Made by a program: the position numbers and the translations under genes. The notes under the pieces were generated by a model. That model searched no databases, was not told the origin of the DNA, and saw nothing but the letters and a program-made list of their open reading frames with translations. Shown piece after piece: positions 26,881 through 36,322 of a stretch of 64,000 nucleotides of DNA (within the stretch, counting starts at the first letter, position 1; each line of letters starts with the position of its first letter). Source of the stretch: an uncultured Clostridia bacterium (GTDB lineage Bacteria > Bacillota > Clostridia > Christensenellales > UBA1242); contig CALVTJ010000003.1 of the NCBI GenBank assembly GCA_944362545.1, positions 54,006 through 118,005 of the forward strand, given 5' to 3'.

Positions 26881-29031
26881 TTATTCTCGTCGCAAACTTT
26901 CCACAGGGTCGAGTTTTGCCGCTTTGCTTGCAGGGTAAAGTCCGGCGAGCATGCTGATGACAATGGACACGGCAAGTGCCACCACAAAATACCACCAGCG
27001 ATAACTGATTGGAGCCATGCCGATTGTAAATGTCAGCACAAGCCAAACAATGAGAGTTAAAATCAAGTTGAAGATGATGCCGACAACACCACTCAAAACT
27101 CCGACCAAGAAACTTTCGGAAGTGAAAATTCGTTTGATATCCTTTCTTCTTGCACCGATAGATTTCAAAACGCCGATTTCCTTTGTGCGCTCTGTCACGC
27201 TCATGTAAAGCACAACCATTATCATCATGGCAGAAACAAAAAGGGAGATGCTGGAGATGACTACAAGTGATGTGCCAATGATGCTCATCATGCTGTCAAA
27301 CATGTTTGCAAGTTGGTCTTCAATGGAACCAGTATAAGAGTCGGTGCTTGCAAGATAACGATTTATGGCATTTGTCAGTGCTTCACTTGGCGTTTGGATG
27401 TAAAGGGTGGTTGGTGCAAAATCAACACCTTTTGCTTCGAAAAGTGATTGAACATAGGAGTAGTCAAGATATACCACCAAAAAGCCCGACATCACTGATG
27501 TGTCCATAATTCCACAAATTTTGTCGGTAAACTGAACTTTGGTGTTTTCACCACTTGTGCCAAGTGGAATGTTGAAGGATATTGTCACTTCTTTTCCAAT
27601 GACATCTTCATCTTCTTCAAAGAGACTGTATATGCCTTGTGAAAACATAAATCCGCCACCACTTGCCACTTGAACGGTGTTATTGACCGAACCAGGCTCA
27701 CCGATGATGTTAAGTTCTGCTGGCTGGCTCATTTCTCCTTCAATGACATTTTGTTCGGAGTAATATGGTGGAATGCTGTAAATATAATATACTGTCTTTG
27801 AGTCATTTTCAATGTCAAAAGAGTCTGATGGATAAACCTGTGCATCTGCCACGAGTGTGAACATGTTGAAGCCATATTCGACATTGTCGGTATCGGTGCT
27901 ATCATTTGTCACTCTGAAATCTTCATAACCACTCACGGGATGTTCTTCAAGATAGGTGTTGATGTCACTTATAAGCGAATCAATCTCTTCATCCGTAAAT
28001 GAAGATGAAGTGAATGCTGAAATGATGTCATCCGCTTCCGTTCTTTTTGAAATTGTCACAATGGTCGGGTCGGAATAGGACTTCATCAGATTTGAGATAT
28101 AATCAGTTATTCCAGAACTGAAACTCATCATCAAAATCAAACTGCCAATGCCGATTGCCACACCAAATGCCATGAGAAAGTTTTTGACTCTGCTTGCCCA
28201 CATGTTGTGAAAAGAAAGTTTTATTGCGGACCAAAGAGAAAGGTTTTGTTTGTCTTTGAAATTTTTCTTTTTGGTGTCTGAAGTTTGCACGGTGGTCTCT
28301 TCCGGTTTTGTTGTTGAAAGCGGAGACTTTTCGCGCTTGTAATTTTTATTTGTGTGGTCGCCAACAATTCTGCCATCCGAAAGTTCCACCACACGCGATG
28401 AAACGGATGCCACCTTTTCGCTGTGTGTGACCATGATAACAAGTTTTCCGCTGTCGGCAATCTCTTTCAAAATTTGCAAAATCTGCATTGTTGTGCCACT
28501 GTCAAGTGAACCTGTTGGCTCATCCGCAATGATGATTTCAGGGTCATTGATAAGGGCGCGGGCGATTGCCACTCTCTGTTTTTGTCCGCCGGAGAGTTGA
28601 GTAGGTTTTTTCTTCAATTGGTTTTCAAGTCCAACTCTTTTTAAAATCTCGGTGGCTCGTGCCACTTTTTCTTTTTCGCCAACATTTGAAAGTGTCAAAG
28701 CAAGCGTGACATTATCCAAAATGGACAAATGAGAGATAAGGTTGAAGGACTGAAAAACAAAACCGACCTTGTTTTTGCGGTATTTGTCAAGTTGTTGTTC
28801 GGACAGGCTCTTCAAATTTTCTCCGCCGGAGATGATTGTGCCGGTAAAGTCAGAGTCAAGACCGCCAATCAAGTTCATAAGGGTGGACTTTCCGCTTCCA
28901 CTTTCGCCGACAATGGACACAAGTTCGCCCTTTTCAAATTCAACATTTATATCATATAATGCCTGAAAACTTTCCTTATTTGAAAGTTTATATTTTTTGC
29001 TGACATTTATCAGTTTGAGTTCTTTTTCCAT
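26881..29031 (-). CDS. MacB/FtsX-type ABC transporter, fused ATPase and permease
   Basis: GESGSGKST, LSGGQKQRVAIARAL, DEPTG; TM, large extracellular loop, ERTKEIG.LKSIGA, A.KLDPVESLR. Confidence 0.93.
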   Translation of the reverse strand: MEKELKLINVSKKYKLSNKESFQALYDINVEFEKGELVSIVGESGSGKSTLMNLIGGLDSDFTGTIISGGENLKSLSEQQLDKYRKNKVGFVFQSFNLISHLSILDNVTLALTLSNVGEKEKVARATEILKRVGLENQLKKKPTQLSGGQKQRVAIARALINDPEIIIADEPTGSLDSGTTMQILQILKEIADSGKLVIMVTHSEKVASVSSRVVELSDGRIVGDHTNKNYKREKSPLSTTKPEETTVQTSDTKKKNFKDKQNLSLWSAIKLSFHNMWASRVKNFLMAFGVAIGIGSLILMMSFSSGITDYISNLMKSYSDPTIVTISKRTEADDIISAFTSSSFTDEEIDSLISDINTYLEEHPVSGYEDFRVTNDSTDTDNVEYGFNMFTLVADAQVYPSDSFDIENDSKTVYYIYSIPPYYSEQNVIEGEMSQPAELNIIGEPGSVNNTVQVASGGGFMFSQGIYSLFEEDEDVIGKEVTISFNIPLGTSGENTKVQFTDKICGIMDTSVMSGFLVVYLDYSYVQSLFEAKGVDFAPTTLYIQTPSEALTNAINRYLASTDSYTGSIEDQLANMFDSMMSIIGTSLVVISSISLFVSAMMIMVVLYMSVTERTKEIGVLKSIGARRKDIKRIFTSESFLVGVLSGVVGIIFNLILTLIVWLVLTFTIGMAPISYRWWYFVVALAVSIVISMLAGLYPASKAAKLDPVESLRRE

Positions 29032-29221
29032 TCGATTTCCTTTTTTGACATATCTTTAAATTTTTAACATGAGATTTTGTCATTTTTGCATAAAATCAAT
29101 GTGTAGATAAGATTTATTTGATGTTATCATATTTTGCCGTTTTAGTCAAATTTATAAAATAAAAAATGTTTGTATTTTGTGTCGTGTTGTGCTATAATAA
29201 TCACGTTTTAAGGGAGAGTGT

Positions 29222-30229
29222 ATGCAAATTTTCGCCGAAAGTCTTTATGATGCCGTTGTGGACTGCTTGAAGGTTGTGCCTATTCTCTTTCTTGCTTATC
29301 TTTTGGTAGCATATCTTTCTCATGACCACAGCCACAAATTTTCAAAATTTCTATCAAAAAACAAGAAAACCAGTGTATTGTATGCATCATTTTTGGGTTG
29401 TGTGCCACAGTGTGGTTTCTCTTCAGTGATTGCCGACCTTTACAGCACAAGAACTGTCTCTATCGGCACTCTGATTGCTGTGTTTGTGGCAACTAGCGAT
29501 GAGGCAATTCCTATCATGATTTCCGCCCCTGAAAGCATTATTGATATGTTGATTTTGATTGGTGTAAAGATTTTGTTGGCTATCTTTTGGGGTTATTTGA
29601 TTAATGTGGCAATTACACTCTTTAAAAAGACTAGAAAACAAAAATCTCCGCAGATGGTTTTGCACACGGAAATGCAGACAGAACCACAGACAGCGGATGC
29701 AAATGTTTCCACAGCAAACCAAACAGTTGTGAGTGAAAGTGAAGAACATCACCAACACCATCATCATGCATATGAGTGCGGACATATTCACACTGACAGT
29801 TGTGCCAGCGATTGTGGACACGAACACGGTTGCTGTGCAGACAACATTTTTATTGATGCGTTTATGCACACGTTTGAAATCATCATCTACATCTTTGTGG
29901 CAACGGTTATCATAAACTTGATTGTCGGCTTCTTGGGGACACAAGCACTTGAAAATGTGCTGACAACAAACATGTATTTGCAGGTGGTTATTGCAAGTTT
30001 AATTGGACTTATTCCAAACTGCGTTTCTTCCGTTTTGCTTGTGGAACTGTTTATCAGCGGAGCACTTGCCTTTCCGGCTCTCGTGGCTGGATTGACAGCG
30101 GGATGTGGAGTTGGACTTGTCATTCTGTTCACGCGAAACAGAAAACATATGCTCGAAAATGTTGGAATACTTGCTTTGCAGTATATCATTGGTGTGGCAT
30201 CAGGAATGTTTATGACAATCTTCTTTTAA
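29222..30229 (+). CDS. Putative metal (manganese/arsenic-efflux-like) permease with His/Cys-rich loop
   Basis: Duplicated motifs G.VPQCGFS and GLIPNC.SS, ATSDEAIP; multi-TM. Confidence 0.75.
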   Translation: MQIFAESLYDAVVDCLKVVPILFLAYLLVAYLSHDHSHKFSKFLSKNKKTSVLYASFLGCVPQCGFSSVIADLYSTRTVSIGTLIAVFVATSDEAIPIMISAPESIIDMLILIGVKILLAIFWGYLINVAITLFKKTRKQKSPQMVLHTEMQTEPQTADANVSTANQTVVSESEEHHQHHHHAYECGHIHTDSCASDCGHEHGCCADNIFIDAFMHTFEIIIYIFVATVIINLIVGFLGTQALENVLTTNMYLQVVIASLIGLIPNCVSSVLLVELFISGALAFPALVAGLTAGCGVGLVILFTRNRKHMLENVGILALQYIIGVASGMFMTIFF

Positions 30230-30288
30230 CACACTATGACATCAATTATCACACATAAACCAAACATCACACTTTTTATATCCAAACA

Positions 30289-30317
30289 AAAAAGACATCA
30301 CTTTTGGATGTCTTTTT
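30289..30317. terminator. Bidirectional terminator
   Basis: AAAAAGACATC-acttttg-GATGTCTTTTT between convergent genes. Confidence 0.8.
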
Positions 30318-30342
30318 ACATTTTTGGTTTTGCGCGCTTCAA

Positions 30343-30594
30343 TCAACCATGCAAACCATTTGCCTGTCTTTCCATGTTTTCAACAACAATGTCTTGAATG
30401 TCACCAAGTGAGTCGCAATATTCCAAAACCTTCCAAGGTGTGTTTGTGTGGAAATGAATTTTGATGAGTTCATCATCGCCAACAACAAGCAAACAATCTC
30501 CTTCAATGTTCTCCTGTATATAGTTTCTAATTTTTTCATCCGACAGGTTTTTTCCTTCGATAAGCAATTGTGTATCAAATTTGTATTGTATCAT
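30343..30594 (-). CDS. Small protein resembling the middle domain of fatty-acid kinase FakA (DAK2-associated)
   Basis: Y.FDTQLLI.G, GDCLLVVGD...KIH.HTN.P..VL.Y....G...DI.VENM..Q. Confidence 0.75.
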   Translation of the reverse strand: MIQYKFDTQLLIEGKNLSDEKIRNYIQENIEGDCLLVVGDDELIKIHFHTNTPWKVLEYCDSLGDIQDIVVENMERQANGLHG

Positions 30595-31256
30595 CTTCTT
30601 CCTTCCTTTGTTTCGTTTTGATTGTAGAAATCAAATGCTTTCATAATCTCTTCCAAATCTTCTGTTGGGTTTAACGCTTCTTCAAAGTCAAAGCCACTTT
30701 CACTCTTTGGATAATCTTTCAAAGTCTTTATCTCTTTTTTGTTTGAGTTATTTGTGGCGATGTGCACTTCTTTTGGAGCATCTTGAACCTTTTTGTAGTC
30801 TTGCATTTTGTTTAGAAGCAGGCGCATACTGTCATTTTCGGAATAAATCGGTTGGGTAAGGTCGGGTGCTTTTTCAAGATTTTCTTTGTAGTCACGAATA
30901 ATTGTCGAAAATTCCAACAAAATTGAAGTGAACGCTTCATCTTTTTTAAGGTCAGGAAATTTCAAGTTTAATTCTTTGATGAGCAGTTCAAGTTTGTCCA
31001 TAACAAGTTTATAATAGTTTTTTGAACCCTCTTCCTGAAACTTTTTTGCTTTTTCGAAAACATTGAGTGCTGCCATGATGTTTTTTTCTTTGTTTTCAAT
31101 GTCAAAGCGTTCATTTTTCATGTCTAGCATCTTTTTTTCTGAATCCAAGGCCTTGAGTTTTTCTTCCATGAGTTTAGACTCATAGGAGGCTTTCATTCTT
31201 TGGATATACATGTCCACTTCTGCCTTGTTATAGCCGTTTGTTTCTTGTGAAAACAT
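30591..31256 (-). CDS. DivIVA-domain coiled-coil protein
   Basis: N-terminal F....NGYNKAEVD.YI followed by coiled coil. Confidence 0.7.
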   Translation of the reverse strand: MFSQETNGYNKAEVDMYIQRMKASYESKLMEEKLKALDSEKKMLDMKNERFDIENKEKNIMAALNVFEKAKKFQEEGSKNYYKLVMDKLELLIKELNLKFPDLKKDEAFTSILLEFSTIIRDYKENLEKAPDLTQPIYSENDSMRLLLNKMQDYKKVQDAPKEVHIATNNSNKKEIKTLKDYPKSESGFDFEEALNPTEDLEEIMKAFDFYNQNETKEGRR

Positions 31257-31258
31257 AT

Positions 31259-31759
31259 CTACCTTCTCCGTTTAATCCTAAAAAATGTTTCTACAACTAA
31301 TAATACCAAAAATGACACTATAATTGCAATAAAAATAGACAAAGTTATCAATTTTTTTTGAAGTAGAAAGGCAAAAATTGTCACGAAACTTATCGAATAT
31401 GCAAGAACAAGATGAAATTTTTGTCCTGTTCCAATAAAAGTAAAAACAGAAGAGAGGATAAAAGCAAAAGAAAGATAAAATGGTGCGGATGGGAGAATGT
31501 TAGTAAAAATAAAAACATATCCAGCAATGCCAACAAAAATCAACAAAAAACCAAGATAAAGGGCACTGTCAAGTTTGAAAAATAGGCTTTTTATCAACTG
31601 AAAAATGCCGACAGCAAAACAAAAATTGAAAAACCAAAGGTCAAAAAGTTTCCAAAAGACCATTTCCAAGGTTGTGATGACAACAAAGCAGACAAAAAGA
31701 AAAAACATCATGATTTTCAAGAGTAAACTCTTTTTGATTTTCAAAAATCTTCCATTCAT
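31259..31759 (-). CDS. Hypothetical multi-pass membrane protein
   Basis: Almost entirely hydrophobic 166-aa ORF ending next to the SD of the following gene. Confidence 0.65.
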   Translation of the reverse strand: MNGRFLKIKKSLLLKIMMFFLFVCFVVITTLEMVFWKLFDLWFFNFCFAVGIFQLIKSLFFKLDSALYLGFLLIFVGIAGYVFIFTNILPSAPFYLSFAFILSSVFTFIGTGQKFHLVLAYSISFVTIFAFLLQKKLITLSIFIAIIVSFLVLLVVETFFRIKRRR

Positions 31760-31870
31760 GATGTTATTATGTTTAAGTTTTTACCGTTTTACTCTTCTGA
31801 CATATTTTCTGCCATTTTATGTGGGTGAGTGGAATGATGTAAAGTTGTTTTTGCCATTTTGTGCAATGTT

Positions 31871-32722
31871 TTACAAGTCCTTTTTCACAACATCCATTAT
31901 TATGTCAAAACTGTCCTTCTTTTTGCGGTATTTTATGGCATACCACAAAACAGCAACGATGCCGACAACAATGAAAACCAAACTTAAAAGTTGTGAGATT
32001 CGAATAGAACCAAGATATAAACTGTCGGTTCTCAAACCTTCAATAAACATTCTGCCTGTGCCGTAGATTATCAAATAAAATGCACCAATCATGCCATTTG
32101 TTTTAAATTTGATTTTATAGAGCAAAACCATCAAAACAGCAAAGCCGATGAAGTTCCACAAGCTTTCATAGAAGAATGTTGCCAAATGCCAACCACTTCC
32201 AGGGCAGGTGCAACCAACTTGCGTGCAGTTGTCAATGTAAACACCAAACGGGAACCATTGCAGGCTTGGATTTGAGATATAATAGCCATATGCTTCTTGA
32301 TTGAAAAAGTTTCCCCAGCGACCGAGTGCCTGTGCACATATAAGAGAAGGGGCGATGATGTCTATCAAAGCGAAAAAGTTTTTCTTATGAATAGCACAGT
32401 ATAGCAAAACTGCAAGAGCACCACCAATCAGTCCACCATAGAAACCAAGTCCGCCTTCCCAAATTTTGAAAACATCCCAAAAGTTTGTGTAGTAGTCTAG
32501 TCTAAACAAAACATAATAGATTCTTGCGCCAATGATGGCAAACGGAATGACATAGCAAGCAAGGGTGATGATATCTTCAAGTTTGAAACCGCGCTTTTTC
32601 GCAACTAAGCAGGTGATGATGATGCCCAGCAAATAAGAAAGGACGCTGGTGATGCCGTAAAAATTTATATGCAAGCCAAACAAATCGAACCCACTTGGAA
32701 TGGACAAAATCAAACCGTTCAC
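31871..32722 (-). CDS. lgt: Prolipoprotein diacylglyceryl transferase
   Basis: GARIYYV, IWEGGL..YGG, Q..GRWGNFFNQEAYG, H.TF.YES, R.FIE.LR.D; GTG start after GGAGG. Confidence 0.96.
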   Translation of the reverse strand: MNGLILSIPSGFDLFGLHINFYGITSVLSYLLGIIITCLVAKKRGFKLEDIITLACYVIPFAIIGARIYYVLFRLDYYTNFWDVFKIWEGGLGFYGGLIGGALAVLLYCAIHKKNFFALIDIIAPSLICAQALGRWGNFFNQEAYGYYISNPSLQWFPFGVYIDNCTQVGCTCPGSGWHLATFFYESLWNFIGFAVLMVLLYKIKFKTNGMIGAFYLIIYGTGRMFIEGLRTDSLYLGSIRISQLLSLVFIVVGIVAVLWYAIKYRKKKDSFDIIMDVVKKDL

Positions 32723-32869
32723 TTTTCCTCCATTTTATCTTGCCTTTGCAATTTCAATTCTTAAACTAATCAACATTCAAACTACGCACCATGCCTTGAC
32801 TTTATTTTATCTTGTGAAATTGTGCTGATTGTTTGTAAATACAAAAATGTTGACAAAAAATCACTATTT

Positions 32870-32898
32870 AGTATAAAATCAAACCCCTTCAATGTCAA
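32870..32898 (-). promoter_or_regulatory. sigmaA promoter upstream of lgt
   Basis: Minus strand TTGACA-17 bp-TATACT. Confidence 0.6.
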
Positions 32899-32967
32899 AC
32901 AAAAAAGAAGTGTTTTCTCGTTTTTGCGAAAAAACACTGTCAATTTTTGTCTTTATTTTTTCATAAA

Positions 32968-34152
32968 TCAAAGAGAAAATTTCTTTGAAACTTTGTAAAC
33001 CGCAGAAACATACATTTGGTCAAACAAGTCAGCATCATCCATTGTCACAAACACTGTGGTGTGCTTGTCTTTTCCGCCAGATTTGGCAAGGAGCATAAGA
33101 CTTTTTACAAGTTCAACGGCGTTTTCGGTATGTCCCATAAGCGACTTTGCGTTTGCTCTGTAAGCAAAATCTACGCCATTTGCCATTGTGGTAATATCTT
33201 GAACAAACAACGCTACTCTCAAACCCTGATTTTGCAATCGCTTGATGTTTTCAACAACATTTGACAAGGTTTCACAGATGATTGTTGGTTTTTCATCATA
33301 GCCAAGCGCAAACACACTGTTGAAACCAAGAGAATTGATTTCTGCCTTGTCTTCATACATTACATTTGCCAAAAGGGCGATAGTGACAATCTTGTTTTCA
33401 TTCAAAGTTTTGAGAAGTTTTTTCAATTTGATAGCATTTTCAGTTAGTTTTCCTTCTTTTAAAATATATCTGCTGCCAAGCAAAATTTCATTTCCTTCAA
33501 AATTGAGTTGTTGTGAAGGCAGGCAATCTTTGTATTCATCTGTTTTGTCTTGATAAGTCGCTTGATTTTGGAAGTTGATATATTTCACACTATCCAAAAT
33601 ATGGTCACCATTTTCGTTCATGGCAACAGCCGTGCCAACGACATAATCAAAAGGTTTCAGGCGACTGTCAATGTCCTTTTTGACAAGAATAAACTTTTCA
33701 TTTGTTTGATTGTGGAAGAAAAATTCTTTGTCATTTCTCTCGCACAAAATTCCCATTGCTTCAATTGGAAACAATTTTTGTTTGAGCACATTTTCTTCAA
33801 TTTGCTTGAATGTGACAGCCTTTTGAGCACGATTTGCCGTCAATGCTTGGCTAGATTTCAAAGAATAATCTTTTCCAGTAATTTGTGACAATTCTGCCAA
33901 AATGCCTTCAATATTGCTTAATTCCTTATATGGACGCCCTTGACGAAGAGGAAGAGGCTTTAACTCTTCACCAGAGATAATTTTGTCCATAACAATTTTG
34001 ATATGGTCGTTTCTTTTCAAGGTGGTTGGGCTGTTGTCTCCAAAAACTCTTGCCAGTGCACGAAGTTCATAGATACCAAGTGATTCAATCAGCGACAGAC
34101 AATCTTGTTGTGCCTTTGTCAAGTTTTTAAATTCGTATCCTTGTTTTGCCAT
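32968..34152 (-). CDS. Degenerate, C-terminally shortened Rho-like protein (Rho_N + RNA-binding OB + inactive RecA-fold domain)
   Basis: ELRALARVFG..SPTTLKR (Rho_N); YDEKP...KRL...G..V.LFVQDIT..A parallels Rho FDEP..AKRLVE.G.DVVILLDSITRLA; no Walker A; AAGGAG SD before ATG 34152. Confidence 0.75.
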   Translation of the reverse strand: MAKQGYEFKNLTKAQQDCLSLIESLGIYELRALARVFGDNSPTTLKRNDHIKIVMDKIISGEELKPLPLRQGRPYKELSNIEGILAELSQITGKDYSLKSSQALTANRAQKAVTFKQIEENVLKQKLFPIEAMGILCERNDKEFFFHNQTNEKFILVKKDIDSRLKPFDYVVGTAVAMNENGDHILDSVKYINFQNQATYQDKTDEYKDCLPSQQLNFEGNEILLGSRYILKEGKLTENAIKLKKLLKTLNENKIVTIALLANVMYEDKAEINSLGFNSVFALGYDEKPTIICETLSNVVENIKRLQNQGLRVALFVQDITTMANGVDFAYRANAKSLMGHTENAVELVKSLMLLAKSGGKDKHTTVFVTMDDADLFDQMYVSAVYKVSKKFSL

Positions 34153-34300
34153 AATTTGCTCCTTTTTGGTTTTCAAATGATTATTTTTTCATCTTATCGT
34201 TTTTATTATACCATAATTCGACATTAAAAACAAACAAAAGCAAAGATTTGTAAAAATTTTTTGTATTTTGTAAAAAATTAAATTTTGCTAACTTTTTTAT

Positions 34301-34332
34301 TGCATAATACACAACATATGGTGTAATATGCA
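34301..34332. repeat. Intergenic palindrome family copy 2 (NrdR-box-like core)
   Basis: TGCATAAT-ACACAACATATGGTGT-AATATGCA. Confidence 0.7.
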
Positions 34333-34333
34333 A

Positions 34334-35059
34334 TCATTCTAATACAAGACCACCATCCACACAAATTGTTTGTCCTGTGATAAAAGAAGATTTTTCACTT
34401 GCCAAGAAGCAAATTATTTCTGCAACATCCTGTGTGGTGCCAAGTCTTTTGAGTGGAGTTATGTCCGCCATTTCATCCTTTTCATCTTGAGAAAGGTTGT
34501 TGTTCATTTTGGTGTCAATAAATCCAGGTGCAACAACATTTACTCTCACGTCAAGATTTCCGAGTTCGCTTGCAAGTGACTTGCAAAGACCGGTCATTGC
34601 ACTTTTTGTGGCGGTGTAAACGCTTTCACACGAGCATCCGTTTTTCTCAACAAAGGAGCCCACCAACACGATGTTTGCAGGATGCCTGTTGACTGTCAGA
34701 CGGACAAACTCTCTTACACATCTTATGGCTGACTTGATGTTGACTTCAAAAAGATTGTCAATTTCATCATCGGAGACATCAAAGATAAGTGCACGCTTCT
34801 GAGACACACCAGCACAGAAGACAAGAGTGTCAAAATATTTGAAATCTGACATAACTTGTTCAAAAAAGTCCTTAATATCTTCTTTGTGAGTTAAATCAAG
34901 TTTATATTCATTGATTTCAGCGTTGTCTTGCTTTTCTAAATTTGGTTTGTGGGAGTTGTATGTCAGGGCGATGTTGAAACCTTCTTGCAACATTCTTTTT
35001 GCCACTTGCGTGCCGATGTCGCTTGAGCCACCGATTATGATTGCTGTTTTCTTTGTCAT
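34334..35059 (-). CDS. SDR oxidoreductase, FabG/YmfI-like
   Basis: IIGGSSDIG, CAG, SCESVYTATK (YxxxK), VNVVAPGFIDT.MN, FITGQ.I.VDGG. Confidence 0.88.
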   Translation of the reverse strand: MTKKTAIIIGGSSDIGTQVAKRMLQEGFNIALTYNSHKPNLEKQDNAEINEYKLDLTHKEDIKDFFEQVMSDFKYFDTLVFCAGVSQKRALIFDVSDDEIDNLFEVNIKSAIRCVREFVRLTVNRHPANIVLVGSFVEKNGCSCESVYTATKSAMTGLCKSLASELGNLDVRVNVVAPGFIDTKMNNNLSQDEKDEMADITPLKRLGTTQDVAEIICFLASEKSSFITGQTICVDGGLVLE

Positions 35060-35161
35060 GATTTCTCCTTTTGTGTTTTCAAAAATACTTTTACATTATA
35101 ACATACTTTTTGAAAATTGCATTAAAAAAGTCCTTATTTTTCAAAGAACTTTTCTCAAAAC

Positions 35162-36001
35162 TTATTCTGCTACCCATGCAAGTCCGATTGCAGGTCCGAC
35201 ATGAGAGGCGGTCACAGGACCAACTTCGCCTTCATAAACTTCAATTTTGTCTTTGTCAGGGCGTTTGTTTAAAAATTCATAAACAAACTTTTTGAGCATT
35301 TCATAAAACTTTGTGTCTGCAATGTGAATTATAAACAATCTTTTGAGTTTTTGTGGAATGGAAGCAATCAGGTCTTTCATTGCCTTTTGCATACCCATGC
35401 TCTTTTTGTCAGACAGAACACCTTTTTTGAAGGTGATGATTGGCTTGATTTTCAAAAATGTGCCGATTGTGGCGGTCACTTTGCCAATTCTTCCGCCTTT
35501 GGCAAGATATTCAAGTGTGTCAGGAATAAATGACACCGCACTGTTTTGAATGAGTTGATTTATGCGGTTTACAATCTCTTCGCAAGATTTTCCGTTGTCG
35601 CGCATCTCAACGGCTTCCATGACATATCCCCAAATGGTTTGTGTGATGATAAGTGTGTCGATGACATGCACTTTGTCAGGTGCTTTGCATTGGTCTTTTG
35701 CCAAGTTTGCCACGCTGTTGCAACCAGAAAGGGTGTTGCTCAAAGTGAAAACAATCACTTCATCGCCGTGGTCGATGGCTTTGTTGTATTCTTCAATAAA
35801 TCTTTCAAGTGAAGGCTGGCTGGTTTTTGGAAAAACCTTGGTCTTTGTGAAGTCATCAAAGAAGGCATCAAATGTGCCTGGATAGCCTTCATCAAATTCT
35901 TCGCCCTTATAGAGTACGCGAAGTGGAACAATTGTTATGTTATGTTTTTCAGCATATTCCTTTGTGATGTATGCTGTGCTGTCTGCGATGATTTTTATCA
36001 T
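35162..36001 (-). CDS. DegV family fatty-acid binding protein (FakB-like)
   Basis: IIADST, PKTSQPS, LS..LSG, LEYL.KGGRIG, HVGP. Confidence 0.93.
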   Translation of the reverse strand: MIKIIADSTAYITKEYAEKHNITIVPLRVLYKGEEFDEGYPGTFDAFFDDFTKTKVFPKTSQPSLERFIEEYNKAIDHGDEVIVFTLSNTLSGCNSVANLAKDQCKAPDKVHVIDTLIITQTIWGYVMEAVEMRDNGKSCEEIVNRINQLIQNSAVSFIPDTLEYLAKGGRIGKVTATIGTFLKIKPIITFKKGVLSDKKSMGMQKAMKDLIASIPQKLKRLFIIHIADTKFYEMLKKFVYEFLNKRPDKDKIEVYEGEVGPVTASHVGPAIGLAWVAE

Positions 36002-36322
36002 AATTTTTCTCCTTAAACACTTTGATTTTTTACGAACTAAGGTCAATTTTTACATCTTTTTTATTTTAGCATAAAGAATAATTTTCTCAAAACAAATTAA
36101 CAAACTTTTTTAAGGTTTCAAAAGATGGTTGCCACAAAATTTTGTAAAATTGAAAAATCTTTGAAGTTTTTGGTCATTTGTTGTCGAAAGAAAAACCAGA
36201 ATTATCGTTTGATTTATGGGTCGAACATCGTTTTGGTTGTTTGGAAATTAGTTGACTTTAATAATATTTATATGCTATATTAAATCGTAAAATTACGGAA
36301 CAATTACAAGTTGGAGGCTGTT

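Noticed and set aside
32850-32898. Plus-strand TTGACA..TAAAAT overlapping the lgt promoter, suggesting an antisense RNA to the Rho-like gene
   Set aside because: Such matches are common in AT-rich intergenic DNA, and there is no supporting structure or ORF
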